From Mizuhopecten yessoensis (Eukaryota), in assembly GCF_002113885.1 (NCBI RefSeq), contig NW_018406089.1:586447-650446 (forward strand): DNA of 64,000 nt, written 5' to 3'. Of the stretch, positions 1 through 11,316 are shown piece after piece. Numbering within the stretch: position 1 is the first letter of the stretch; every line of letters begins with the position of its first letter. The translations under genes and the position numbers were made by a program. Under the pieces are notes generated by a model. The model was not told the DNA's origin, made no database searches, and saw nothing but the letters and a program-made list of their open reading frames with translations.

Positions 1-461
1 AAGTGACTCTATAAAGTTTAAGTAAACATCATCTAGTCCATGATTACATCATCAAATTCTTAGAAATAGTAGATTCTCGGTAAAAGTTCCTCAGGTCTTA
101 CGATGACTCAGTATTTATTGATGTTTTACTGTGCTCTTATATATAACAGATTTAAAAGAATTTATTTCCAAAATATGTCTCAACTAGCTGAGCCATGGCA
201 ACTCCACAAGTACATTGACTTGACAGGTTTATCTTCAACAAAACCAATAAAAAGATCATGTAATAATGACAATTTGCTTAGAAAGGACATGACATTTTTC
301 ATTCTTTTATCCAGTGTTTATCATTGATTTTCATTGCATGTCTGTAAAATAGGGAACTGTTAAAAGATCCTCAGTGTTACAAACTTGTTGTATTGTTTGT
401 TCCTGACTTGATCCCTACATGATTACTGCAGCTAGAGGGCCAGTAAAAACACTTTCTCAAG

Positions 462-1120
462 TTTTAGCCTACCTTGCCCAAAGGGCCGCTAATTAAGTGA
501 GCTTGTGTCGTAGTTCAGCATCCGCCGCCTGTCCACCGTGCATCAACATTTATTCTTTAAATGACTTCTTCTTGATAACCGAAAGGATTGTGATGATATT
601 TGGCCAGTATTATGCTGGACTGAAAGGCTATAAAGTTTGTTCTAATGAATGAACTTAACACATTTTCAAGGTCACAGAGGGTCAAATGTCTTAAAACCAT
701 GCATCAACATTTTCCTTTAAATGATTCTTCTGAATAACCAAAATGGCAAGGGTGATGATATTTTGCAAGAATATGCTGGATAAAGGGTGATTCAAGTTTG
801 TATTAATGAATTACCTTTACTAAATTACCTTCAAGGTCGCTGGTCAAATGTGTGTAAACCTTTAACTGAATATATATAATATATATGATTTTTGAATATC
901 GAATTAATCTAGGGTGACGATAGTTGGCCAGTTACATACAGGAATGAAGGGTTACAAAAGTTCAAATGAATGACAATTGTCCCAATTCCATAGCATCTTC
1001 TAAACAACCAAGAAGCCTAGGGTGATATATTTGGTCTCTAGTTTGTTCAAATGAATAACCTTGACCCAATTTTAAGGTCATATGTTTCAATTTATAAAGA
1101 CGTTTTATTGACTTCTGAAT
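462..1120 (+). mobile_element. Degenerate non-autonomous Helentron/HINE-like element with ~130-160 bp internal tandem repeats
   Basis: Starts TTTTAGCCTACCTTG...GTGAGCTT, then a (CGTC/TGTCC)-like tract, then about four diverged units sharing GGGTGATGATATTT...AAGTTTGTTC.AATGAAT..C.TT.AC...TTCAAGGTCAC. This layout resembles bivalve HINE/pearl elements. Boundaries approximate. Confidence 0.5.
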
Positions 1121-1456
1121 AATAGAAGTGGCAAGGCAAAGTTTGTGATATTTTGCGATGTAGGCTATTGGTGTTAATTAATATGATGTGTTAGAAGCGA
1201 ATAAAGGGCTTTAATTTTCAAACCATCTTATAGTTCTCCATAAGATTATTGAAATATGTTCATATCTTTCAACAAAAGATTCACAAATACACATAGAGTA
1301 TAAAATAAGATTTCGAAACACCGCACAAATGTATAGCTTGTTTTAACAGCTAAATGAGATTCTTATACTATTTTTTATAAATGGAAAATTTAACAAACAT
1401 CAAGGTGTCCAAGCTATTAAGACTTTTGGTAAAAATGTATTACTTTTGTTCTTAAG

Positions 1457-1632
1457 TGGCGGGACCAGCTATGAGGAAGCAAAGAAGTTGGCAGATGACA
1501 TTATGGCCAGGATCAAGTGTCGACCAGTGGTCGGCATCATCTGTGGCTCGGGGCTTGGAGAACTCGCAAATATGGTGACGGATACCGAGATTATGGGGTA
1601 CGAGGAAATACCTGGGTTTCCTGTCAGTACAG
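1457..1632 (+). CDS. PNP: Purine nucleoside phosphorylase, coding exon 2; gene = join(1457-1632,4144-4247,6081-6256,6554-6747,9570-9784), first exon not located
   Basis: Acceptor ttcttaAG and donor G|GTAAGA. Encodes GGTSYEEAKKLADDIMARIKCRPVVGIICGSGLGELANMV...EIPGFPVST, including the CGSGLG phosphate-binding motif. Phases 2/1 match vertebrate PNP exon 2. Confidence 0.95.
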
Positions 1633-2184
1633 GTAAGAATGAAAACTCTGAACCCCAACCACCACCACCACCTCCACCTCCACCAAAAAAACTAAATATG
1701 ATAATTAATTAATTTGCGGTTCTTACATTTATATACCGCTTGATCATAAATTAGTTCGTAGGGCGTTTCAAAGCAGTTCACAAATTATTATCCGTGGTTA
1801 TAGGGCCTCTGCAACCAGCCAACCCCTTTCTCAACTCCCTAGCTGTGTGCTGCCATTTCGGCGCTCACAGCTAGCATTCAACACTTCTAAAACTGAAAAA
1901 TAAGAATAAATATCAACTACTGAGTACTGCAATTTTGACAGTAAGACATATTGTATACCTGCAGGGTATATTACTTGTAGTATATGATCCTATAACTTAG
2001 GTGGCCTGCACATACTGCAGTTACTCACTGTCACACCATTTGAAAGGATAATCATTCATGAAGATATAAACATGTTAAATCGGTTTTTGTGGATTAGATA
2101 CACTTGTGACATGCGTCAGATATAGTACATGTTTATACACATATACACACATGCTTCATGTATAAACTTTCTTTAATACAAAAA

Positions 2185-2310
2185 TTATGAAACAAGTTAT
2201 TACAACTAATATTAGTCACTCTGGTTGGCCCGGATGTTAGCGTGCAGGTCTTGATGTGCAGGAAACCATAGTCCCCGGAGAAAACATGATTTACTTGGTA
2301 GGAATCCTTT
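2185..2310 (-). mobile_element. SINE fragment with Meta-like central domain
   Basis: Minus strand reads GTTTTCTCCGGGGACTATGGTTTCCTGCAC...CTAACATCCGGGCCAACCAGAGTGACTAATATTAGTTGTAATAACTTGTTTC, resembling the conserved GTTTTCTCCGGGTACTCCGGTTTCCTCCCAC core of metazoan SINEs. Confidence 0.45.
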
Positions 2311-3914
2311 TTTTTCATAAGAAAACTTAATCTAAATGAAGATATTAGTTGTATCCACTTTATAATGTAAATGGGATTTTATAGATATGTACTGTGGATT
2401 ACCTTTATATGTACTTTGCCTATGGGACTATAGTGGAATAAACGACAGCACTTAAAGCTTTCAGGAACCATCATGTACAATATATATATATTAAAATTCA
2501 ACATTGTGATCAACATGACGTCGGTCATAATATACATATTTCAATATCTAAGGTTAAGATTTTATAACCTTAAGGAAAAGTAAAGTAGCAAAAGGTAACA
2601 TTGACTCAACCGAGGTGATTTGATAGGTATATACACCAGGTAGAACAAGGCTGATTGCCACTGTACCGACAGCTGGCAGCTATAATTATTACTAGATTAC
2701 ACTGTATCCACTGTTGATGGTTATAATTACTGACACCACCATATCAACACATGCATCGCACTATTGATTTAGTTTGCCTTTATGTAGCTATCCTCTGCTA
2801 CTCTACATTTAACTTGTGTAGAAGATAATCACGGTTATTAATATATTGGCTATTTTCTGTATTCTTGATAACCTAGGAATAGGAAGCTACATGTATAATG
2901 GCTATCGTCTGTTACCTTGACAATGGCTGCTGGGTCACTTGGCAACAGATACCAGTATACCTGAAGTACATGAAGCTCAAGCGTATCAGAGATATGATGA
3001 ACATAACTGATGCACTGGCTATTTTCTGAAACCTCAGTATCCGTAGATGGTTACCTGGGAACATGCAGGCTTTAAAATATTCATATTCTAAGACAAAGGC
3101 TTCGGTTGAAGTTGAATTATATCTGCGTTGGCGTTGGCCAGAAGCAAATTATTTCGAAAACTCTGATGTATGAACTGGGTTTTTTTGACATAGAAAAAAA
3201 TCTAGTAATGCTACCTATAAACACTTAATATTTATTGAAATATATTAAAAAAAAACCCGACATATTTAATGGTAATCATAAGTAGTTCAGGATCCACCAC
3301 AGAGCTTATAGATTTCAAATTTAACGGGAGAGCATGATGCCACCACCATAACCTGCTTTGGTGCTCACACTAGTTACTTCACTCAAAGAGTCTCAGTCTG
3401 TGCCAAAGAAGTTGCCATGCTGATCAGGACACCCAGTATTTTAGGAACGGGCCGGGGCTGCAAATAGAGGTTGTATCATTGTCTGGAAAGAGATATATGT
3501 ACATAATATAAAACAAGACATACACAAAAATGAACGCTAGCTAGGCCTTTCTGCCTTCTAGGGCTTCTTCAGGTGGACTGATATTTACACAAGACTGACT
3601 GACTGCTAGCTACATGTAAAATGGCTGTTGTCTATACACTAACATTGGTTCTAACTTGAATTGGCATCATGATCATGATGCAGATACAATGTACAAGTTT
3701 ATACAACATAGATGAAATATCTGGTGATGTTCACTGGTATGCTGTGCTGTCAACTGCACAAACACTACTTGTATGTAATCATGTATTGACAATGTGTTTT
3801 AAGAAATACTGCAGAAATTGGGTTTTTTTCTTCCAAATGTTCTGCTGCACGACATTGCAACACTTGGTTTCCTATCTTTTCTGTCTTGTTTCTTTTCTAT
3901 CTACTTCCTGTTTC

Positions 3915-3995
3915 AGGCGGTGTCTTTCCTAGGCACCCGTCCTCATATGACCCTGGCTGTTGCGAGGACTTTAAACGTCAAACAAATAAACAAAA
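3915..3995 (+). mobile_element. SINE/LINE 3' tail fragment
   Basis: CTAGGCACCCGTCCTCATATGACCCTGGCTGTTGCGAGGACTTTAAAC followed by (AAAC)n. Related tails recur at ~13010-13065, 26340-26471 (-) and 27720-27785. Confidence 0.55.
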
Positions 3996-4143
3996 TCCTC
4001 CCTGTGCTAGTAGAACACATGGAGATTCTGAGAAATGGCACTCCATAAGATTACATCAGATTATTGATTTTAGAAATAACTTAATGTAGGTACAGTGTGT
4101 GCTTGGTTCAATTCAATTGTTTTCTATTCAATTTTATTTGCAG

Positions 4144-4247
4144 TGCCAGGGCATGCAGGAAAATTGGTATTTGGACAGCTTGGAGGCAAGCCTGTGGTTC
4201 TCATGAAGGGACGTGTACATTTTTATGAAGGGTTCACAATGCAAAAG
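4144..4247 (+). CDS. PNP: PNP coding exon 3
   Basis: ttgcAG acceptor and GTATAA donor; 104 nt encoding [35 protein letters not shown] (GRxHxYEG motif). Confidence 0.95.
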
Positions 4248-4794
4248 GTATAAATGGGTAACAGAACAGATTATTTTATTACAAACAAAGTTTTGCCTCC
4301 CAGAACTTAGTCCTGGGATGGATAGGTATACCCTCAATATTTTACAAAATTTGGCCTTGTAAGCACTATTTGAGCTTTTGTGATACAAATACAATGAAAA
4401 AATTTAATAGTGCCAGATCTAAGAATTCTGTCAAACTGGACACCCATCACTTATGATGGTATTGATTTATATTAATCAGTTATTTCATAAGAATTCAGCA
4501 GAATTTTATAGAACATGTTACTTACCGGGTAAGTTATAGCTTCTGAAGGCTACATGTATATGTAACCTGTAAAGTAAGAGTCGGGGAGACCCCCTAGGGG
4601 TCTCTAGCAGAGAGCAGCATGCCTACAAAAACATACTGTTAAATGGATATTATTGATTTTACTTTATACATATATATAGATCCCATTGTCGGCGGCTATC
4701 TATGGTACCTGTGATCCTATATGCTATACCTTTCAGTGGAAGGCAGGGTTAATCATGCTCATTGATATTGATGATTGATTTTACCTTGATGGTT

Positions 4795-5720
4795 CATTTT
4801 GAAGGGCTATGTGAGCTTATACTGTGGTGCAGAATCTGTCGTCTGTCCACCCATCTGTCAACTTTTCATTTAAAGCACCACGAGTCATGAATGGCTCAGT
4901 GGATTTTTACTTAATTTGGGCCTGAATCATAATTGGGCCAAGGGGACTCAATTTGTATAAATGGAGAGTGTGACACCCAAGGGGCAGAGAGGCAGGGCCT
5001 AATAGGGGAATTTAAGGTAACTCTTTAAAACACTTTTTCCCTACGAATGGAGGCATTTTAACCTGATTCATCTGGAACATCTTTGGTCCAAGGGAAATCA
5101 ATGTTGTATAAATGGAAGTTGTGCCCCCTTGGGGCAGATGGATGCTATTAAATGGGAAAATATTGGTTAAGATTTAAAACACTTCTTGAGTATGGGCAAA
5201 GGGATTTTCACTTTTGTCTGGAGTTTCCTTGTGCCAACGGAACTACATGTACATATAAAGAAGAAAGGTGGGGTCTGACTGGGGTTTGAACCTGGGACCC
5301 TCTGAACTCTAGACAAACACTCTTCTACCAATTGAGCTACTTGGTCCACGACGATCAATCCAGTCCAGTTCCGCTGCGGTGGTAGCCCACCCAGACCCAG
5401 GACAAGGTAGCAGAGGTTGGGACCCAATGGAAGAAATACAAGTTTTGGTTAAGAGCACTTGAGGGGTGGAGCCTTTAATCTGTATTCTTCTTAAAGGGTT
5501 GTATGGTATGTCACCATATTTTGTTTGAAATTTCAATAGGACAAGATGATTATACATTGTGCTAATAAAGCTGGTTTGACCCCTGGGACTAGAGGGGGGG
5601 GGGGGGGGGGGGGGANCTCTAGAGATATTTGGGGTGTACTGCTGTACAACAATGTATTATAAATGAGCCGGATCCCCACTATACAATTACATTCATAATT
5701 AGCATTAAGATCATTCATCC
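4795..5720 (+). mobile_element. Degenerate Helentron/HINE-like element(s) with satellite-like internal repeats, interrupted by a tRNA-derived SINE head
   Basis: GTGAGCTT...GTCGTCTGTCCACCCATCTGTCAACTTTTCATTTAAA, then two diverged units sharing TTGG.CCAAGGG.A.TCAAT.TTGTATAAATGGA..TGTG.C.CCC..GGGGCAGA. Boundaries approximate. Confidence 0.4.
5270..5348 (-). mobile_element. tRNA-derived SINE head / tRNA pseudogene
   Basis: Minus strand GGACCAAGTAGCTCAATTGGTAGAAGAGTGTTTGTCTAGAGTTCAGAGGGTCCCAGGTTCAAACCCCAGTCAGACC carries Pol III A box (TAGCTCAATTGG) and B box (GGTTCAAACCC). Acceptor and anticodon stems are imperfect. Confidence 0.65.
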
Positions 5721-6080
5721 ATGCTACTAAGACTAGCTATGGATTCCAGGTATAATCTTGAATATGGCTGAGATCCCCGTTCTAGACACTACAGATATTT
5801 TGCTGGGCACTAACAGATACATTATAAATACAACCATGCTACTAGGATTAGCCTTAAGCTTGCACGCTGGTCTTGTTGAACATTTAGAATGGAATTACAA
5901 CTAACATTTTGGTGAGTTCTGGCCTGGAAACCATGGATATGCTTGCCTATAGAAGCCTGATCTGATTTCTACAATAAATACACTCTAACACAGGGGGGAA
6001 TGTTTCGGTGTTTAAAGCTGATTTCAGGCTTTGGTGTTTATACCAAATAAGCATTATATTTCCCACTTGAATTTTGACAG

Positions 6081-6256
6081 ACTGCTCTGCCTATTAGGAT
6101 CATGAAGCTGTTGGGAGTGCAAATTCTAATTGTTACCAACGCAGCTGGAGGGATTAACCAGGAGTATGAGATAGGTGATCTAATGATCATAAAGGACCAT
6201 ATCAACATGCCTGGATTTGCTGGAATGAACCCACTACATGGGCAAAACGATGAGAG
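6081..6256 (+). CDS. PNP: PNP coding exon 4
   Basis: gacAG acceptor and GTGAGA donor; 176 nt encoding [59 protein letters not shown]. Confidence 0.95.
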
Positions 6257-6553
6257 GTGAGAGGACATAGTCATAAAAATCCATGACTTTAGAACAAATA
6301 CATGACATGGTCATAGAAAAGGATTGCAAAATGTTTTGTGTATGGCTTGGACCATACCCTGATTCCATCCATTATCTAATGAATTTAATAAGGGTTTTGG
6401 AACAATCCCTGTCTTTGATAGATCAACATATATATAACAAGTAGGTCAGCCACATGAATGCTTATGTCGATGTTTTGAATACTTTCTTTTTAATCAAAAC
6501 CATTTTTCCTATCTCAAAACTTATACATAATCCCAACATGTTTCCATTTCAAG

Positions 6554-6747
6554 GTTTGGTCCCCGTTTTCCTGCCATCTCCAAAGCGTACACCAAGCGCC
6601 TCCGCGACCATGCTAAGACTACAGCCAAGTCTCTAGGATTTGAAGGTTTCCGTATACATGAGGGCGTGTATTGTATGCTGGCTGGTCCTTCCTTTGAGAC
6701 TGTCACAGAATGCAAGTTCCTCAATATGATTGGGGTTGATGTGACCG
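6554..6747 (+). CDS. PNP: PNP coding exon 5
   Basis: tttcaAG acceptor and GTAAGT donor; encodes FGPRFPAISKAYTKRLR...EGVYCMLAGPSFETVTECKFLNMIGVDVTG (GPSFET, the Glu201 equivalent). Confidence 0.95.
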
Positions 6748-7160
6748 GTAAGTACAGTACTGACAGCTACAGTAGGACATCTGTTATATAGAGGTTCTTC
6801 AATGACGGTTGGTTAGCATATCTATCTAGCTCGAGTTAGTTCATTTTCAAATTGTGTAAAAACAAAAGGTTTACTTGGTGTCTTTAACAATTTGAAAATT
6901 ACTTAATGAGAGTAATATTAACATGATAACCAGAAATCACAAGTTGAGGGATTGTTTTTCTCTCCCATAACATTCCTTTTATATCTAGAAAACCATTGGA
7001 ATCATTTTCATTGGAAATAATTTATTTTTATTTCTAATCAGGCAATCATATACCATGAATCATGACGTCACAATGAAAGATGTCAGCGCAAAGCATTGTT
7101 TTGTGATGTCATAATAACAACAGTGGGTGGGTAACCAAAACTTAAACCTTAAGTGGTTGT

Positions 7161-9328
7161 GGGAGAGTTTGTTCACTTCTAGGAGAGTGTATGTACACTT
7201 CTGGGAGAGTATGTACACTTCTGGGAGAGTGTATGTACACCTCTGGGAGAGTGTATGTACACTTCTGGGAGAGTGTATGTACACTTCTGGGAGATTGTAT
7301 GTACACTTTTTGGAGAGTGTATGTACACTTCTGAGAGTGTATGTACACTTCGGGGAGAGAGTGTACACTTCGGGGAGAGTTTGTTCACTTCTAGGAGAGT
7401 GTATGTACACTTCTGGGAGAGTGTATGTCCACTTCTGGGAGATTGTATGTACACTTCTGGGAGAGTGTATGTACACGTGTGGGAGAGTATGTACACTTCT
7501 GGGAGAGTTATAGACACCTCTGGGAGGGTGTATGTACATTTCTGGGAGAGTGCATGTACACTTCTGGGAGAGTGTATGTACACTTCTGGGAGAGTATGTA
7601 CACTTCTGGGAGAGTGTATGTACACTTCTGGGAGATTGTATGTACACTTCTGGGAGAGTGTATGTACACTTCTGAGAGTGTATGTACACTTCGGGGAGAG
7701 CGTGTACACTTCGGGGAGAGTTTGTTCACTTCTAGGAGAGTGTATGTACACTTCTGGGAGAGTGTATGTACACCTTTGGGAGAGTATGTACACTTCTGGG
7801 AGTACACTTCTGGGAGAGTGTGTACACTTCTGGGAGAGTGTGTACACTTCTGGGAGTGTATGTACACTTCGGGGAGAGTGTATGTACACTTCGGGGAGAG
7901 TGTATGTACACTTCTGGGAGAGTATGTACACTTCTGGGAGAGTGTATATACACTTCTGGGAGAGTTTGTACACTTCTGGGAGAATATGTACACTTCTGGA
8001 AGAGTATGTACACTTCTGGGAGAGTGTATGTACACTTCTTGGAGAGTTTGTACACTTCTGGGTGAGTGTGTACACTTCTGGGAGAGTATGTATACTTTGG
8101 GGAGAGTATGTACACTTCGGGGAGAGTATGTTCACTTCGGGGAGAGTTTGTTCACTTCTGGGAGTGTATGTACACTTTGGGGAGAGTATGTATACTTCTG
8201 GGAGAGTGTATGTACACTTCTGGGAGAGTGTATGTACACTTCTGGGAGGGTGTATGTACACTTCTGGGAGAGTGCATCTACACTTCTGGGAGAATTTGTA
8301 CACTTCTGGGTGAGTGTGTACACTTCTGGGAGAGGAGTATGTATACTTTGGGGAGAGTATGTACACTTCGGGGAGAGTATGTTCACTTCGGGGAGAGTCT
8401 GTTCACTTCTGGGAGTGTATGTACACTTTGGGGAGAGTATGTATACTTCTGTGAGAGTGTATGTACACTTCTGGGAGGGTGTATGTACACTTCTGGGAGA
8501 GTGCATCTACACTTCTGGGAGAATTTGTACACTTGTGGGTGAGTGTGTACACTTCTGGGAGAGTATGTACCCTTCTGGGAGAGAGTATGTACACTTCTTG
8601 GAGAGTGTATGTACACTTCTGGGAGAGCGTATGTACACTTCTGGGAGAGAGCATGTACACTTCTGGGAGAGAGTATGTACACTTCTGGGAGAATGTATGT
8701 ACACCTTTGGGAGAGTATTTACACTTCTGGGAGAGTTATATACACTGGGAGAGTGTATGTACACTTCTGCGAGAGTGTATGTACACTTCTGGGAGGGTGT
8801 ATGTACACTTCTGGGAGAGTGTATGTACATTTCTGGGAGAGTGTATGTACACCTTTGAGAGAGTATGTACACTTCTGGGAGAGTTATATACACTGGGAGA
8901 GCGTATGTACACTTCTGGGAGAGAGCATGTACACTTCTGGGAGAGAGTATGTACACTTCTGGGAGAATGTATGTACACCTTTGGGAGAGTATTTACACTT
9001 CTGGGAGAGTTATATACACTGGGAGAGTGGATGTACACTTCTGGGAGAGTGCATGTACACTTCTGGGAGAGTGTATGTACACTTCTGGAAGAGTATGTAC
9101 ACTTCTGGGAGAGTGCATGTACACTTCTGGGAGAATTTGTACACTTCTGGGTGAGTGTGTACACTTCTGGGAGAGTATGTATACTTCGGGAAAGTATGTG
9201 CACTTCGGGGAGAGTTTGTTCACTTCTCGGAGAGTTTGTTCACTTCTGGGAGTGTATGTACACTTCGGGGAGAGTATGTACACTTCTGGGAGAGTGTATG
9301 TACACTTCTGGGAGAGTGTATGTACACT
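7161..9328. repeat. Minisatellite, 20/22-bp unit GGGAGAGT(GT)ATGTACACTTCT, about 100 copies, in PNP intron 5
   Basis: Directly visible tandem array; it explains all overlapping low-complexity ORFs at 7060-9358. Confidence 0.98.
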
Positions 9329-9569
9329 ATTTTAAAAGAGATCAGTTTAGTTAGATAATGAAATATCTTATTCCATGAATTGATTAATGTGATCATTAAT
9401 TGTCCCCATGAAAATTGAAAAAGACAACTTTTAAAACTTCAGGGACATGTGATGCAACACATGTACAGGTCACATGGAGTTATTCATCAAATAAAATGTG
9501 TGATAAAATAGGTTTGTTTAGTAGTTACACATACACAAATAATTATTTTTACTTGTAATTCTTGATCAG

Positions 9570-9784
9570 GTATGAGTACATGTCCGGAGGTGGTTGTGGC
9601 TGCCCACTGTGGAATGGAGGTGTTTGGTATGTCGCTGGTCACCAACAAAGTGGTGATGCAGTACGACTCTGAGCAGGTGGCCAACCATGAGGAGGTTTTA
9701 GAAACAGGAGCTTTACGAAGCAAAGACCTACAAAAGCTTGTTGCTGCCATGCTGACCACTCTGGAGATAAAATCTCAACCATAA
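9570..9784 (+). CDS. PNP: PNP last coding exon
   Basis: gatcAG acceptor; encodes GMSTCPEVVVAAHCGMEVFGMSLVTNKVVMQYDSEQVANHEEVLETG...SQP* with Asn243 and His257 equivalents intact. AATAAA at ~9945. Confidence 0.95.
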
Positions 9785-11019
9785 TGCACAGTTAACTCCG
9801 CAAGTGTTCAGCACCTTTTCTCAAGGAATTGTTAAAGTCAGAATGAGGGAAGCGATAATTGCTAAATTGTACTTACTTATTAGATGGTTACTTATTAGAT
9901 GTTATTTTTACTATTTCATCTTTGACATTATGTGATAAAGATTTAATAAAAATACAAAAGCATCATTAATACTGAAGCTATTTATAGCAGCTAGCTATAT
10001 AGGAAATGTAATCAGGATTGTGGTAATGGATAGAGAGTTATTCATTGAAAAGTACAATTATTTTCTATGGTAGATATTTATATTGTTATCTCAGTTTATA
10101 GTGAATCCTTTTTACCATAATACCATAATGGGTAATACGGTCCAGCAATAAAAAAAATCATGTGTTTTTAAAGTGTATGCATAAGTAATGATTGAGGATA
10201 GCTTTACTTGGCCAATAGAAGTAGCCTTGTTTATCTACTTGTATAGACATCAGGTCCTTAAAGGCATTGTGTGATGATGAACAAAATAATGTTACGATGT
10301 CATTTATAATATTAATTAATTAAATACTTAAATTGAGAAGTGAGGTGTAAATTATCTTGATACGTCCTCATACTGCAAGTGACTTGTATTTTATGTTTTG
10401 ATGTTTTGATAGATATAGTATTACTTTTACAGCCACAAAGTTTTTGTTTTTTAATCTTTACTCAAAAAATCTTGAGATAGATGGGGTTTTTTATTTCCTG
10501 TATTAATTTATTTTCTAATATCCATGTACTGTTTACTTATTATACTTGCATAGTGATTATCAAAATGCTAAGCCAGGGAATGTAATTATTTTATAGTTAT
10601 TTTATGTAAATTACAAAATAAGAGTTAAGATCTATAATGTTATTATAAACATTGATACAGTTTTCTATGAACTTGGTTATTTATTTATAATCTATTAACC
10701 AATGCTCCCAGTGTTTCATTCAAAGTCCATCTATACAAAAGGGAAAGAAGTTTTCCTCTTTTTATAGATCAATGTATTTGGTATAAAAATCCTGATACTC
10801 ATATTTTTCTGATCATCCTATGAAACATCATTTATCTCATGTTTCTGGTTTAACCTGTAGCTAGCCACTTGCCATACTGGCACTACAATAGTGTTTGTAT
10901 AAAAGCCTCAGTTGTAAGAAAATCCTGGTACATTGTGTAGTACAGGTATGTCATATGTACTAGCAGTGATGTTAGTATGTCCTGTGTTAAGATATGGGAA
11001 TACTTGTACGTCATCTAAT

Positions 11020-11316
11020 GATTACCTGTAGTACATTGCTTACCTGTATGATCTGTAGGAGATTGCTTACCTGTATGTTCTGTAGTGCATTGCTTACCTG
11101 TATGATCTGTAGTACAGATTGCTTACCTGTATGATCTGTAGTACATTGTTTATCTGTATGATCTGTAGGAGATTGCCTACCTGTATGATCTGTAGTACAG
11201 ATTGCTTACCTGTATGAGCTGTAGTACGGATTGCTTACCTGTATGTTCTGTAGTACGGATTGCTTACCGGTATGTTCTGTAGTACGGATTGCTTACCTGT
11301 AAGTCATCTACAGTAC
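11020..11316. repeat. Minisatellite, 27-29-bp unit TTGCTTACCTGTATGATCTGTAGTAC(AG)A, about 10 copies
   Basis: Directly visible tandem array downstream of PNP. Confidence 0.95.

Noticed and set aside
1633-1712. Poly-proline extension of the PNP ORF
   Set aside because: A (CCA/CCT)n microsatellite beyond the GTAAGA donor, so intronic.
5270-5348. Functional tRNA (possible CTA/AGA anticodon)
   Set aside because: Acceptor and anticodon stems do not pair properly; better explained as a SINE head.
7060-9358. Many long overlapping ORFs (up to 477 aa)
   Set aside because: They are translations of a 20/22-bp minisatellite within a PNP intron.
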